In this document: positions 39,866-49,487 of the stretch, one piece after another
Position numbering within the stretch: the stretch's first letter is position 1
How the letters are laid out: every line of letters starts with the position of its first letter
DNA from: Candidatus Methylomirabilia bacterium
Lineage (GTDB): Bacteria > Methylomirabilota > Methylomirabilia > Rokubacteriales > CSP1-6
Length of the DNA stretch: 64,000 nt
Reading direction: 5' to 3'
NCBI GenBank assembly: GCA_041497895.1
Contig: JBGQHJ010000005.1
Location: forward strand, 1-64,000
The notes under the pieces: generated by a model
Database searches by the model: none
Seen by the model: only the letters and a program-made list of their open reading frames with translations
Told to the model about the DNA's origin: nothing
Made by a program: the position numbers and the translations under genes

Positions 39866-42800
39866 ATGCCGTCCATGACCCGACCATCCAAGGGGGGCCG
39901 CTGGTCCGAGCCCGCCCTGCGCGTTCTCCGCGAGCGGTACCTGGCCCGCGAGCAGGGGCAGGTGCGCGAGACCCCCGAGGAGATGTGCTGGCGGGTGGCC
40001 CTGGCCATCGCCTCCGCGGAGACCCGCTTCGGCCGCAGCGAGGCCGCGGTCTCGGAGGTGGCGGCCGCCTTCTACGACATGATGGTGGACGGCTACTTCC
40101 TGCCCAACTCCCCCACGCTCATGAACGCGGGCAAGGACAACCCGCTCCAGTACTCGGCCTGCTACGTCCTGCCGGTGGGCGACTCGATGGAGGAGATCTT
40201 CGAGTCGGTGAAGGCGGCCGCGATCATCCAGCAGTCGGGCGGCGGCACCGGCTTCGCCTTCTCGCGCCTGCGGCCCAAGGACGACGTGGTGCACTCGACG
40301 GGCGGGCGGGCGTCCGGCCCGGTGTCGTTCCTGCGCGTGTTCAACGCGGCCACCGAGGCGGTCAAGCAGGGGGGCACGCGGCGCGGGGCGAACATGGGGA
40401 TCCTGCGCGTCGATCACCCCGACGTGCTCGAGTTCATCGAGTGCAAGCTCGACGGCGGCATCACCAACTTCAACATCTCGGTGGCCGCCACCGACGCGTT
40501 CATGGAGGCCCTCGCCGCCGACGGCGAGTACGACCTCATCAACCCGCGCACCGGGCAGGTCACCGGGCGGCTGCGGGCGCGCGAGGTCTTCGGGCGCATC
40601 GTCCGCGCCGCGTGGCGCACCGGCGATCCGGGAATGGTCTTCATCGACCGCATCAATCGGAGCCCGGCCAATCCCACGCCGGATCTCGGGCTGATCGAGG
40701 CGACGAATCCCTGCATCGCCGGTGACGCGCTCGTCTCCACCGATCGCGGGCTGCTGCGGATGGAGCGGGTCGCGACCCGCTTCGGGGCCGGTGGCGTCGC
40801 GGTGAAGGTGGACCCGCGCCTGCTCCCCTCGCGGCTCATGGTGTGGGAGGGGACGCACGACGTGCCGCTCTCGGCCTACGGCGAGGGTTGCCTGCCCATC
40901 AGCCAGGCCTTCTGCTCGGGCGAGCGCGAGACCGTGACGGTCCGGACCGCGGCGGGCTACGAGCTCACGTGCACGCCCGACCACCGGCTGATGACCGACC
41001 GCGGCTGGGTCCTGGCCGGCGACCTCCGCGTGGCGGTCGACCGCGCGTGGGTCCAGAGCGACCCGGGCGCCTTCGCCGATGACGACGCGCTTCCGGTCGC
41101 GACGCCGGCCGAGTTCACCGGGCGCAACGGTCGCCGATACCGCCACCCGCTGCCGACCCGCTGGAGCGCCGATCTCGGCTTCGTGCTCGGCTGGCTCGTG
41201 GGCGACGGATGGCTCCGGGCGGGGGATGCCAGGTATCCGCGGGTCGGCTTCACGTTCGGCCCGGAGGACACCGCCGCTTTCGAGCGCATCGCCTCGGTGG
41301 TGGACGGCTGGCACGGGCGTCGGTCGAAGGTGTGGGCGCGCGCCCGCGGCGTCCGCCACCTCATGTATCCCGGCAAGTTCTTCGCCGCCTTCTTCGAGGC
41401 TCTCGGAGCACGGCCGGTGAAGGCCGGCCGCAAGACCGTGCCCGAGACGCTCTTCGCGGCCTCCCGCCCGGCGGTGGTCGGCTTCCTCCAGGGGCTCTTC
41501 TCGGCCGACGGCACGGTGCGGGAGAACCCCAAGGCCAACAGCTCCTGGATCGCGCTCACGTCCAAGAGCCGGGAGCTGTTGCGCGGCGTGCAGCTCCTGC
41601 TCCTGAACCTGGGGATCAAGAGCAGCGTGATGGACCGGTCGCGCCCCGCCCGTCACGGCCTCTTCGGCTACCGGGCCAAGGACGGCGGCCTGCGCTCGTA
41701 CGGGTCCGACGGCGTGCTCTTCGAGCTGGGGATCTTCGGCCGCTCCCGGTCGCGTTTCCTGCGCGAGGTCGGCTTCCTCAACGACAAGCAGCGGCGCCTC
41801 GAGCCGGTCCGCTACGCCGGCTCGTACGTCCAGAAGTGGAGCGACGTGGTGGTCGCGCTGGAGCCGGCCGGTCCGCGCCCGGTCTACGACCTGACCGAGC
41901 CGCAGAGCCACTCCATGATCGCCAACGGTCTCGTCGTCCACCAATGCGGCGAGCAACCGCTTTTGCCCAACGACGCGTGCAACCTGGGCTCGATCAACGT
42001 GGCCAAGTTCGCGGTCGAGCGGTCGGGGCAGTGGGAGATCGACTGGAGCGAGCTCGAGCGGGTGGTGCGCCTGGCGGGGCGCTTCCTCGACGACGTCATC
42101 GAGGTGAACCCGTATCCGCTGCCGCAGGTCGACGAGATGGTGAAGGCCAACCGGCGCGTCGGCCTCGGCATCATGGGCTGGGCCGATCTCCTGTTCACCC
42201 TCGGGATTCCCTACGACGGCGAGGAGGCCCTCGAGCTGGCCGAGCGGCTCATGGCCTTCGTCAACGACAAGGGGCATGACCAGTCCGCGCGCCTGGCCGA
42301 GGAGCGCGGGCCCTTCCCGCACTGGGCCCGCTCGATCTACCGGCACGGCCGGCCGCTCCGCAACGCCACCGTGACCACCATCGCGCCGACCGGGACCATC
42401 TCGATGATCGCGGGCTGCTCGTCCGGGATCGAGCCGGTCTTCGCGCTGGCGTTCGAGCACCGGGTGAAGGGGCCGGACGGCGAGCGGGTGCTGCCGTTCT
42501 TCAGCGAGACGTTCGAGCGCCTGGCCCGCCGCCACGGCTTCCACTCGGAGTCCCTGATGGCCGAGGTGGCGCGGCGCGGCTCGCTGCGGGAGGTGCCGGG
42601 GGTGCCCGAGGCCGCCCGCGCGATCTTCAAGACCGCGCACGAGATCGACGCGATCTGGCACGTGCGCCACCAGGCCGCGTTCCAAAAGCACACCGACAAC
42701 GGGGTCTCGAAGACGATCAACCTCCCGGAGAGCGCGACCGAGGAGGACGTGGCCGCCGCCTACCGCATGGCGTGGGACCTGGGCTGCCTCGGCATCACCG

Positions 42801-43375
42801 TGTTCCGCGACGGCTCCAAGGGCGGCCAGGTGCTGAACGTGGGCCTGCGGCGCGACGGCCACGCGGGCGACACCGCCGCGCGCGGCGTGAAGCCGCGCCC
42901 GCACAGCCTCACCGGGGCCACGTACCGGATGGAGACGCCGATCGGCACCGCGTTCATCACCGTCAACGACAACGGTGGCGGCGAGCCCTTCGAGGTCTTC
43001 GTGCAGGTGGGCAAGGCCGGCTCGGACACCATGGCGGTCGCGGAGGCCCTCGGCCGCCTGGTGTCGCTCGTCCTCCGCCTGCCCTCGCCGCTCACGCCGC
43101 GTCGGCGGCTGGAGGAGGCGATCAGCCAGCTCCTGCGCATCGGGGGCGGGCAGCCCACCGGCTTCGGCGCGGCCAAGGTCCTGTCGCTGCCCGACGCGCT
43201 GGCCCGGACCCTGGCCGAGCACATCGGCGCCCCGCGGGCCTCGGCGCCGGCGGAGGCGCCGGCGGTGAGCCCGCTCCGCCGCGTGGGCGATCTCTGCCGC
43301 GAGTGCGGCCAGGCCACCCTCGTCTACGAGGAGGGCTGCAAGAAGTGTCTCTCCTGCGGCTTCAACGAGTGCTAG
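39866..43375 (+). CDS. nrdJ: Class II (B12-dependent) ribonucleotide reductase, intein-containing
   Basis: PNSPTLMNAG, SACYV, GGGTG, QGGTRRGANM, NP/CGEQ, CNLGSIN, TIAPTGT and SKTINLP; C-terminal NrdJb-like domain and Zn ribbon. Confidence 0.93.
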   Translation: MPSMTRPSKGGRWSEPALRVLRERYLAREQGQVRETPEEMCWRVALAIASAETRFGRSEAAVSEVAAAFYDMMVDGYFLPNSPTLMNAGKDNPLQYSACYVLPVGDSMEEIFESVKAAAIIQQSGGGTGFAFSRLRPKDDVVHSTGGRASGPVSFLRVFNAATEAVKQGGTRRGANMGILRVDHPDVLEFIECKLDGGITNFNISVAATDAFMEALAADGEYDLINPRTGQVTGRLRAREVFGRIVRAAWRTGDPGMVFIDRINRSPANPTPDLGLIEATNPCIAGDALVSTDRGLLRMERVATRFGAGGVAVKVDPRLLPSRLMVWEGTHDVPLSAYGEGCLPISQAFCSGERETVTVRTAAGYELTCTPDHRLMTDRGWVLAGDLRVAVDRAWVQSDPGAFADDDALPVATPAEFTGRNGRRYRHPLPTRWSADLGFVLGWLVGDGWLRAGDARYPRVGFTFGPEDTAAFERIASVVDGWHGRRSKVWARARGVRHLMYPGKFFAAFFEALGARPVKAGRKTVPETLFAASRPAVVGFLQGLFSADGTVRENPKANSSWIALTSKSRELLRGVQLLLLNLGIKSSVMDRSRPARHGLFGYRAKDGGLRSYGSDGVLFELGIFGRSRSRFLREVGFLNDKQRRLEPVRYAGSYVQKWSDVVVALEPAGPRPVYDLTEPQSHSMIANGLVVHQCGEQPLLPNDACNLGSINVAKFAVERSGQWEIDWSELERVVRLAGRFLDDVIEVNPYPLPQVDEMVKANRRVGLGIMGWADLLFTLGIPYDGEEALELAERLMAFVNDKGHDQSARLAEERGPFPHWARSIYRHGRPLRNATVTTIAPTGTISMIAGCSSGIEPVFALAFEHRVKGPDGERVLPFFSETFERLARRHGFHSESLMAEVARRGSLREVPGVPEAARAIFKTAHEIDAIWHVRHQAAFQKHTDNGVSKTINLPESATEEDVAAAYRMAWDLGCLGITVFRDGSKGGQVLNVGLRRDGHAGDTAARGVKPRPHSLTGATYRMETPIGTAFITVNDNGGGEPFEVFVQVGKAGSDTMAVAEALGRLVSLVLRLPSPLTPRRRLEEAISQLLRIGGGQPTGFGAAKVLSLPDALARTLAEHIGAPRASAPAEAPAVSPLRRVGDLCRECGQATLVYEEGCKKCLSCGFNEC
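40712..41944 (+). mobile_element. Intein with LAGLIDADG homing endonuclease (411 aa, ends His-Gln)
   Basis: EATNP|CIAGDALV; block B TCTPDH; LGWLVGDG and FLQGLFSADG; VYDL; ANGLVVHQ|CGEQP. Confidence 0.93.
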
Positions 43376-43384
43376 GGGGCGACC

Positions 43385-43702
43385 ATGTTCTCCGGCGGTG
43401 AGTACGAGGAAGTGGCGCGGTGGCTCCGGAACTTCGTGGCCTCGCACGCCAAGCGCGAGAACCTGCGCGCCGAGCCGGTGGTGGAGGCCGAGGGCGCGCG
43501 CGAGGGGCAGAGCTACGGCGTGCGCTTGCGCCTGGGCGGAGGCCTGAGCCCGGCGCCTCCCGCTCCGCCCCTCGAGCTGGGCTTCCCGGAAGTGGCGCAG
43601 AACCGGGGGAGCCTCGCGTGGTGCGCCGGGCTCGCGGCGCGCGTGCGCGCGCTCGCGCGCGAGCTGCCCGCGGCCGGGTCGGGCCCGCTCCGTACCGCCT
43701 GA
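43385..43702 (+). CDS. Hypothetical protein
   Basis: ATG 9 nt after the nrdJ stop with a G-rich SD; codon usage matches the host; fills the gap to the next gene. Confidence 0.6.
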   Translation: MFSGGEYEEVARWLRNFVASHAKRENLRAEPVVEAEGAREGQSYGVRLRLGGGLSPAPPAPPLELGFPEVAQNRGSLAWCAGLAARVRALARELPAAGSGPLRTA

Positions 43703-43705
43703 GCG

Positions 43706-45241
43706 GTGAGGACGGCGCCGGCCGTCCGCTGGTGGGCCCCCGGCGACTGGAACGCGTTCTTCGGGCTCGCGATCGACAACCTGAGCCTGTTCGTCATCCT
43801 CTCCGGCCTGTTGATCGGGGTCTTCGGATTTCCCTCCGACCTGGTGCTGCGCGTGATGGTTCCGGGGACCGCGCTCGGGGTGCTGATCGGGGACCTCGCC
43901 TACACGTGGCTCGCGGTTCGGCTCATGCGGCGCACCGGGCGGAGCGACGTCACCGCGATGCCCTTCGGCATCGACACCCCGTCGCTGTTCGGCATGGTCT
44001 TCGGGGTGCTCGGGCCGGCCATGCTCCTCACGCGGGATCCGATCCTCGCCTGGAAGATCGGCATGGGCGTGACGGTGGCGATGGGGGTGATCAAGCTCGG
44101 GCTCGCGTTCGCGGGGGAGTGGGTGCGCCGCCTGGTGCCCCGGGCCGCGCTGCTCGGCTCCATCGCCGGCGTGGCGGTGCTGCTGATCGCGTTCCTGCCC
44201 GCTCTGCGGATCTTCGCCGACCCGCTGGTGGGCGTGGTCTCGCTCACCGTGGTGCTGGTGGCGCTGGTAGGCGGCCGCCGGCTGCCGGGGGGCGTGCCGG
44301 GCGCGCTCGCCGCGGTGCTGGCGGGGAGCGCGATCTTCTGGGCCCGCTGGGCCCTCACCGCCGTCGCGGGCACGGCCCCGCACCCGGTCCTGGCGCTGGG
44401 CACTCTCGGCCTCGCGCTGCCGGTGCCCACGCTCGCGTGGCTCGACGCGCTCGACGCGCTGCTGCCGTACCTGCCGCTCGCGGTGCCGTTCGCGCTCGCC
44501 ACCGTGGTGGGCGGCATCGACAACACCGAGTCGGCGATCGTGGCGGGCGACGAGTACCGCACGCGCGACATCCTGCTCACCGAGGCGCTGGCCACCATCG
44601 CGGCGGGCTGCTGCGGCGGCGTGGTCCAGAACACGCCGTACATCGGCCACCCGGCCTACAAGGCGATGGGCGCGCGCGCCGGCTACACGCTCGCCACCGG
44701 GCTGCTGATCGGCGTCGGGGCCGCCGTCGGCGTCGTCGCGCTGCTGGTGCGCCTGCTGCCCGACGCGGCGGTCGCGCCGATCCTGGTCTTCGTGGGCCTG
44801 CAGATCACCGCGCAGGCCTTCATCGCGTCTCCCGCGCGGCACGCCCCCGCGGTGGCGCTGGCCTTCCTCCCGGCGGTGGCCGCGCTCGTGCTCATCCAGG
44901 GGAACATGCTGCTGGGTGGCGTCGGCAAGAGCGCGGCCGACCTCGCGGGCGAGGGACGCGCGATGTGGAGCGCGCTGCTGGTGCTGGGCAACGGCTTCAT
45001 CCTGACCGCGCTCCTGTGGGGGGCCGCGCTGGTCGCGATCATCGAGCGGCGGCTGCCGGTCGCGGGAGCGGTGCTGGCGATCGCGGCGGTGGCGACGCTC
45101 TTCGGCCTGATCCACTCGCCGCTGCCCGACGGGGCCGTCTTCTGGCCGTGGGCGGTCGAGAGCAGCGCGCCGCACACGCTGGCCGCGGCCTACGGGGTGG
45201 CGGGAGCGCTGCTGGTGCTGCTCGGCGGGGGGGATTCCTAG
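43706..45241 (+). CDS. NCS2/AzgA-like nucleobase permease-type membrane protein
   Basis: GD.NAFFGL..DN, TAMPFGIDTP, ESA..AGD.Y and TPYIGHPAYK.MG; many TM segments. Confidence 0.7.
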   Translation: MRTAPAVRWWAPGDWNAFFGLAIDNLSLFVILSGLLIGVFGFPSDLVLRVMVPGTALGVLIGDLAYTWLAVRLMRRTGRSDVTAMPFGIDTPSLFGMVFGVLGPAMLLTRDPILAWKIGMGVTVAMGVIKLGLAFAGEWVRRLVPRAALLGSIAGVAVLLIAFLPALRIFADPLVGVVSLTVVLVALVGGRRLPGGVPGALAAVLAGSAIFWARWALTAVAGTAPHPVLALGTLGLALPVPTLAWLDALDALLPYLPLAVPFALATVVGGIDNTESAIVAGDEYRTRDILLTEALATIAAGCCGGVVQNTPYIGHPAYKAMGARAGYTLATGLLIGVGAAVGVVALLVRLLPDAAVAPILVFVGLQITAQAFIASPARHAPAVALAFLPAVAALVLIQGNMLLGGVGKSAADLAGEGRAMWSALLVLGNGFILTALLWGAALVAIIERRLPVAGAVLAIAAVATLFGLIHSPLPDGAVFWPWAVESSAPHTLAAAYGVAGALLVLLGGGDS

Positions 45242-46563
45242 CCGCGGAGCTGTTCGAGCATCTCGCGGTCGCTCGCGAACTTGAACTCCTCGACCTTGTC
45301 GGCCGAGGCCCTCGCGCGCTCGGCCGCCTCGAGACGCTGCACCGCCGGGTAGTCCACCACCACCGCGCCCCGCTCGGCGAGGGTCCGCCGCAGGGCCTCG
45401 ACCGCGCGCTCCGCTTCCGCGAGCGGCCGCTTCGGGCGCCCGGCCAGGAAGGCGGCCACGTGCTTGATCCCGGTCTCGGCGTCGAGCCGCGCGCGGCCGA
45501 CCACGCCGTCGCTGGCCTTGCGCGCCCACCCGACCACGTAGACGCCGTGCCGCGCCTTGCCCGCGGTCTCGTCCAGGACCTGGTACGGCGCGGCGGGATC
45601 GTCGCCGGGCACGGTCAGGTAGAGCCCGTCGCGGTAGGGGAGCCCCGCGTGCTCGTCGACCCGGTCGCCGACCGCGAACACCACGGTGTCGCACGGGATC
45701 ACCGACGTGAGCCCGGTGGCCACCGCTGCGACGCGGTCGCCCTTGCGCTCGAGCCGGGTCTCCTCCACCTCGAGCCCGACCACGCGTCCGCCCTCGGCGA
45801 TCACGCGCCGGGGCGAGGCCAGGAAGCGGAAGCGCAGGCGCGTGCGCGCTCTCGGCGAGGGCTCGCCCCGCGCGGCCAGCGCGGCGAGCAGGCCGTCGGC
45901 GCTCTGCCCGGCCGCCTCGAGCCGCGGCCGGACGCGCTCGAGCTCTTCCCGGTAGAGCGCGTGGTCGAAGGCGTCCTCGACGTCCTCGAACTCGCGGTCG
46001 TCGTACGCCTTCTCGTAGGGTCCGCGGCGCGCCACCGCGATCACCTCGTCGACGTCGCAGAAGTGGGCGCAGTAGTTCGCGATGTCGACCATCACGTTGC
46101 CGACCCCGACGATGGCCACGCGCCGGCCCATCGGGAAGGGCCGCTCGCTGAAGGGCGGCAGCCGATTGTAGTGATACACGAGGTCCTTGGCGTGATACAC
46201 GGAGGCCAGCCGCTCGCCCTCGATGCCGAGGTACTTGGTGCCCTGCGCGCCGATGGCGAATACGAGGGCGTCGAAGCCCATCCCGGCCAGGTCCTGCACC
46301 GTGAGGTCGCCGCCCTGCGCGACGGTCACGTGGCCCAGGTAGGTCACGCGCGGATCGCTCAGGATCTTCTGGAACTGGCGGCGCAGGCCGCCCTTCATCT
46401 TGTATTTGTTGAGGAAGATGCCGTACTCGGCGAGGCCGCCCGGCTTGACGTCGCGGTTGATCAGGACCACGCGCGAGCCCAGCGCGGCCAGCGCGCGGGT
46501 GGCGAAGAGACCGGCCGGGCCCGCACCGATCACCGCTACGAGATGGGCTTGTTCGTCCGCCAT
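45238..46563 (-). CDS. FAD/NAD(P)-dependent oxidoreductase (ferredoxin-NADP reductase/adrenodoxin reductase-like)
   Basis: GAGPAG, PGGL.EYG, GVGNV..D, ARRGP and VVGWA. Confidence 0.8.
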   Translation of the reverse strand: MADEQAHLVAVIGAGPAGLFATRALAALGSRVVLINRDVKPGGLAEYGIFLNKYKMKGGLRRQFQKILSDPRVTYLGHVTVAQGGDLTVQDLAGMGFDALVFAIGAQGTKYLGIEGERLASVYHAKDLVYHYNRLPPFSERPFPMGRRVAIVGVGNVMVDIANYCAHFCDVDEVIAVARRGPYEKAYDDREFEDVEDAFDHALYREELERVRPRLEAAGQSADGLLAALAARGEPSPRARTRLRFRFLASPRRVIAEGGRVVGLEVEETRLERKGDRVAAVATGLTSVIPCDTVVFAVGDRVDEHAGLPYRDGLYLTVPGDDPAAPYQVLDETAGKARHGVYVVGWARKASDGVVGRARLDAETGIKHVAAFLAGRPKRPLAEAERAVEALRRTLAERGAVVVDYPAVQRLEAAERARASADKVEEFKFASDREMLEQLRG

Positions 46564-46726
46564 CTTGGCTCGTGACGATAGCACACGGTCTCGGCGGGAA
46601 CCGGTGAAATACCTTGACCCCTCGACGAGGGCGGGTGTTAAATGAATCTGCCTTTCGTCAATGATGACAGGGCGATACCCGCAACACCGCCGGCCCGCTC
46701 ACCGGGACCGATCAAAGGAGGATTCG

Positions 46727-47149
46727 ATGGCCATCTCGCTTGCCGCCCGCATCGGTGGGCTCGCTCTCGGCGCCGTCGCGCTACTCGTGCTGGGGGCCGG
46801 CGGTGCGCCGCCCGCCCACGCCCAGGCGCCCTGGGTCGCGCCCGCCTCCGAGAAGGCGAAGAAGAACTTGCTCCCGAGCGACAAGAAGACGGTCGAGCAG
46901 GGCGAGAAGATCGCCAAGGTCAACTGCGTCTCCTGTCACGGGAGCAAGGGCAAGGGCGACGGCGCCGCGGCGGCCGCGCTCAATCCCAAGCCCGCCGACT
47001 GGACGTCCAAGCGCGTGCAGGACGAGTCGGACGGGGAGATCTTCTGGAAGATCACCACCGGGCGAGGCGCCATGCCGTCGTGGCGGCACCTGCCCGACAA
47101 CGACCGCTGGGCGGTCGTCCGCTACATCCGCACGCTCGCGGGGAAGTGA
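46727..47149 (+). CDS. Class I c-type cytochrome, exported
   Basis: aggagg SD, signal peptide, CVSCH and GAMP axial Met. Confidence 0.9.
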   Translation: MAISLAARIGGLALGAVALLVLGAGGAPPAHAQAPWVAPASEKAKKNLLPSDKKTVEQGEKIAKVNCVSCHGSKGKGDGAAAAALNPKPADWTSKRVQDESDGEIFWKITTGRGAMPSWRHLPDNDRWAVVRYIRTLAGK

Positions 47150-47165
47150 TCCGGAGGACGAAGCG

Positions 47166-49487
47166 GTGAACGGCGAGTCCGGCTCGCGCGCGGTGGGACA
47201 GCAGACTCCCCTGCGCGCGACCCTCGCCGAGATGGCCGAGATCCTCGAGCGCGCGCGCGAGCGCCTCCGGGAGACCTCGGCGGGTTCGGGGGCCGAGGGG
47301 CGGCGCCTCGACCACGCGGCCGAGCGCGACGACCATACGCTCGCCATCTTCCAGGAGATCCTGTCCGTCCCTCCGCTCGGGCTACCGCCGGGCGAGCTCT
47401 TCGCGCTCGCGATGGACCGGCTCTCCCGTCTCCTGGCCGCGGACCGCGCGCTGCTCTTCGTGCTGGACGAGGCCACCGGGCGTCTGGTCGCCCGCTCCGC
47501 GCGCGGATTCCGGCGGGAGGACGTGGAGATGCTCTCGCTCGATCCGGGCGAGGGACTCATCGGCCGCGTGTACCGGGAGAAGCGGGTGCAGACCCTCGAC
47601 GCGGCCGCGGCGCCCGAGGCCGATCCGTTCATCGAGCGCTTCCCGGTCCGGCAGGGCATCGCGGTTCCGGTGCGTACGGAGGGCGAGGTCGGAGGCGTGC
47701 TCTTCGCGGGTCGGCGGGCGCTGGGCGCCCCCTTCGGCACCACCGACATGCTGTTGCTCCTGGTCATCGCCGACCGGGTCGGCTCGGCGCTCGTGCACCA
47801 GCACCTCCTGGAGCGGCACGGCGAGCACCTGACCCATCTCCGCGAGGCGCGGGCCCTGGTCGACGAGCAGCGCCCGGGGCGCGAGCCGCGGGACCTCCTG
47901 GCGCGGGCCTGCGAGGCGGCGTGCCGGCTGCCGGGCGTGCGCGCGGCCCTCGCGGTCGCCGGCTCCGATCCGGCCTCGATCATCGCGGTGGCCGGGGCCG
48001 GACGACTGCGCAGCGTCGGGCCGGAGCAGATCGATCCGGCGGACGGCCTGCTCGCGGAAGGCTTCGCGGCCGATCGCCCGGTCGCGATCCGCGACCTGAG
48101 GACCCGGGTCGGCGAGCGGCCCGGTGTGCTCGAGCGCGACGGGCTTCGGGCCGTCCTGCTGGTGCCGTTGCGCACGCGCGGGCGCGTGCTCGGCCTGCTC
48201 GCCCTCGCCGACGCCGAGCCCCGGGAGTTCTCCATCGAGGAGATCGAGCTCGCGCTCACGCTCGCGACGGTGACCGCGGTGGCGCTCGACACGCGGCGCG
48301 GCCTCGAGGACCTGCGCGGCGCCCTGGGCGAGCAGGCCGCCCTCGAGGCCCAGCGGGCCGAGGGCGAGAAGGCGCGCGCGCTGGTCGCGCTCGGCGGCGG
48401 CCTAACCCGCGAGCTCAGCTCGATCTTCGCGTTGCTGCTCGGCAAGTCTCAGCTCCTGCTCGCGCGGGCGCAGGACGAGTCGCTGCGCGAAGGGCTGGGC
48501 GCGCTCGAGGAGGCGGCGTGGCGCGGCACCGACGTGCTGCAGCGGCTCCTGGGCCTGGCCGAGGCGGACCACGCGGTCGGAGTGTCGTGCGATCTCGGTG
48601 CGGTCGCGCAGGAGGCCCTGGCCTTCGCCCGCCCCCGGATCGGCCCGGGTGCGTCTCCCGGGGGCCGCCGCGTCGAGATGACCGCCGACCTGCCGCCGAC
48701 GCCTCCGGTCCAGGGCAGCGCGGTCGCGTTCCGGGAGGCCATCGTCAACCTCGTGCTGAACGCGATGGAGGCCATGCCCGACGGCGGCACCGTGGCGGTC
48801 CAGGTGCGCGAGACCGGGGGCGGCGTGGAGCTCGTCGTCGCGGACGGCGGCCGGGGTATCGCGCCGGACGTGAAGCCGCGGATCTTCGATCCCTTCTTCA
48901 CGACCCGTCCGGGGCACCTGGGCCTCGGGCTCACGGTGGTGCAGGCGGTCGTGCTCCGCGCGGGCGGCCGGCTCGAGGTGCAGACCGGGCCCGGAGGCAC
49001 CACCGTGTCGCTGTGGCTCCCGGCGGAGGGGGCGCGCGAGGCTGCCGTCGAGATCGAGGCGAACCACCCGGCCGAGCCGGCGCCGCCCACCGCTCCGGAG
49101 CCGGCGCCTCCCCGCGTCGGCTCGATCCTGATCGTGGAGGAGGAGGAAGGCATCCAGGCGACGGTACGGGAGGCGCTGGACGCGGCCGGTCACCGCGTGG
49201 AGACCGCGGTCGACGCCACCACCGCGCTCGAGCGGCTCGCCATGGGCGGCATCGACGTGGTGGTGACCGATCTCGCGCTGCGCGATCGCTCCGGCCTGCA
49301 GCTGGCCGCGGCGGTGAAGGAGCGCAGCCCGGGCTCCGCGGTGGTGCTCCTCACCGGCTGGGGACGCCGGCTCCACGAGGAGCGCGTGCGTGCCGCGGGA
49401 GTGGACGTGATGGTGGTCAAGCCGGTCCAGCCCGAGCGCGTCCGCGCCGCCGTCGCGGAGGCCCTTCGCCTCCACCCGCCCGCGTGA
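47166..49487 (+). CDS. GAF-GAF-HisKA-like-HATPase-receiver hybrid kinase lacking the H-box His
   Basis: Two GAF-like segments; GGLTRELSS at the H-box; NLVLNA, DGGRGI and FDPFFTT..G.GLGL; receiver VVTDL and KP. Confidence 0.8.
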   Translation: MNGESGSRAVGQQTPLRATLAEMAEILERARERLRETSAGSGAEGRRLDHAAERDDHTLAIFQEILSVPPLGLPPGELFALAMDRLSRLLAADRALLFVLDEATGRLVARSARGFRREDVEMLSLDPGEGLIGRVYREKRVQTLDAAAAPEADPFIERFPVRQGIAVPVRTEGEVGGVLFAGRRALGAPFGTTDMLLLLVIADRVGSALVHQHLLERHGEHLTHLREARALVDEQRPGREPRDLLARACEAACRLPGVRAALAVAGSDPASIIAVAGAGRLRSVGPEQIDPADGLLAEGFAADRPVAIRDLRTRVGERPGVLERDGLRAVLLVPLRTRGRVLGLLALADAEPREFSIEEIELALTLATVTAVALDTRRGLEDLRGALGEQAALEAQRAEGEKARALVALGGGLTRELSSIFALLLGKSQLLLARAQDESLREGLGALEEAAWRGTDVLQRLLGLAEADHAVGVSCDLGAVAQEALAFARPRIGPGASPGGRRVEMTADLPPTPPVQGSAVAFREAIVNLVLNAMEAMPDGGTVAVQVRETGGGVELVVADGGRGIAPDVKPRIFDPFFTTRPGHLGLGLTVVQAVVLRAGGRLEVQTGPGGTTVSLWLPAEGAREAAVEIEANHPAEPAPPTAPEPAPPRVGSILIVEEEEGIQATVREALDAAGHRVETAVDATTALERLAMGGIDVVVTDLALRDRSGLQLAAAVKERSPGSAVVLLTGWGRRLHEERVRAAGVDVMVVKPVQPERVRAAVAEALRLHPPA

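Noticed and set aside
39743..45694. 1983-aa minus-strand ORF and the many other long antisense or alternative-frame ORFs (e.g. 36580-39570, 43420-46575, 57070-59712)
   Set aside because: Shadow ORFs caused by high GC and stop-codon scarcity. They overlap well-supported genes and carry no recognisable motifs.
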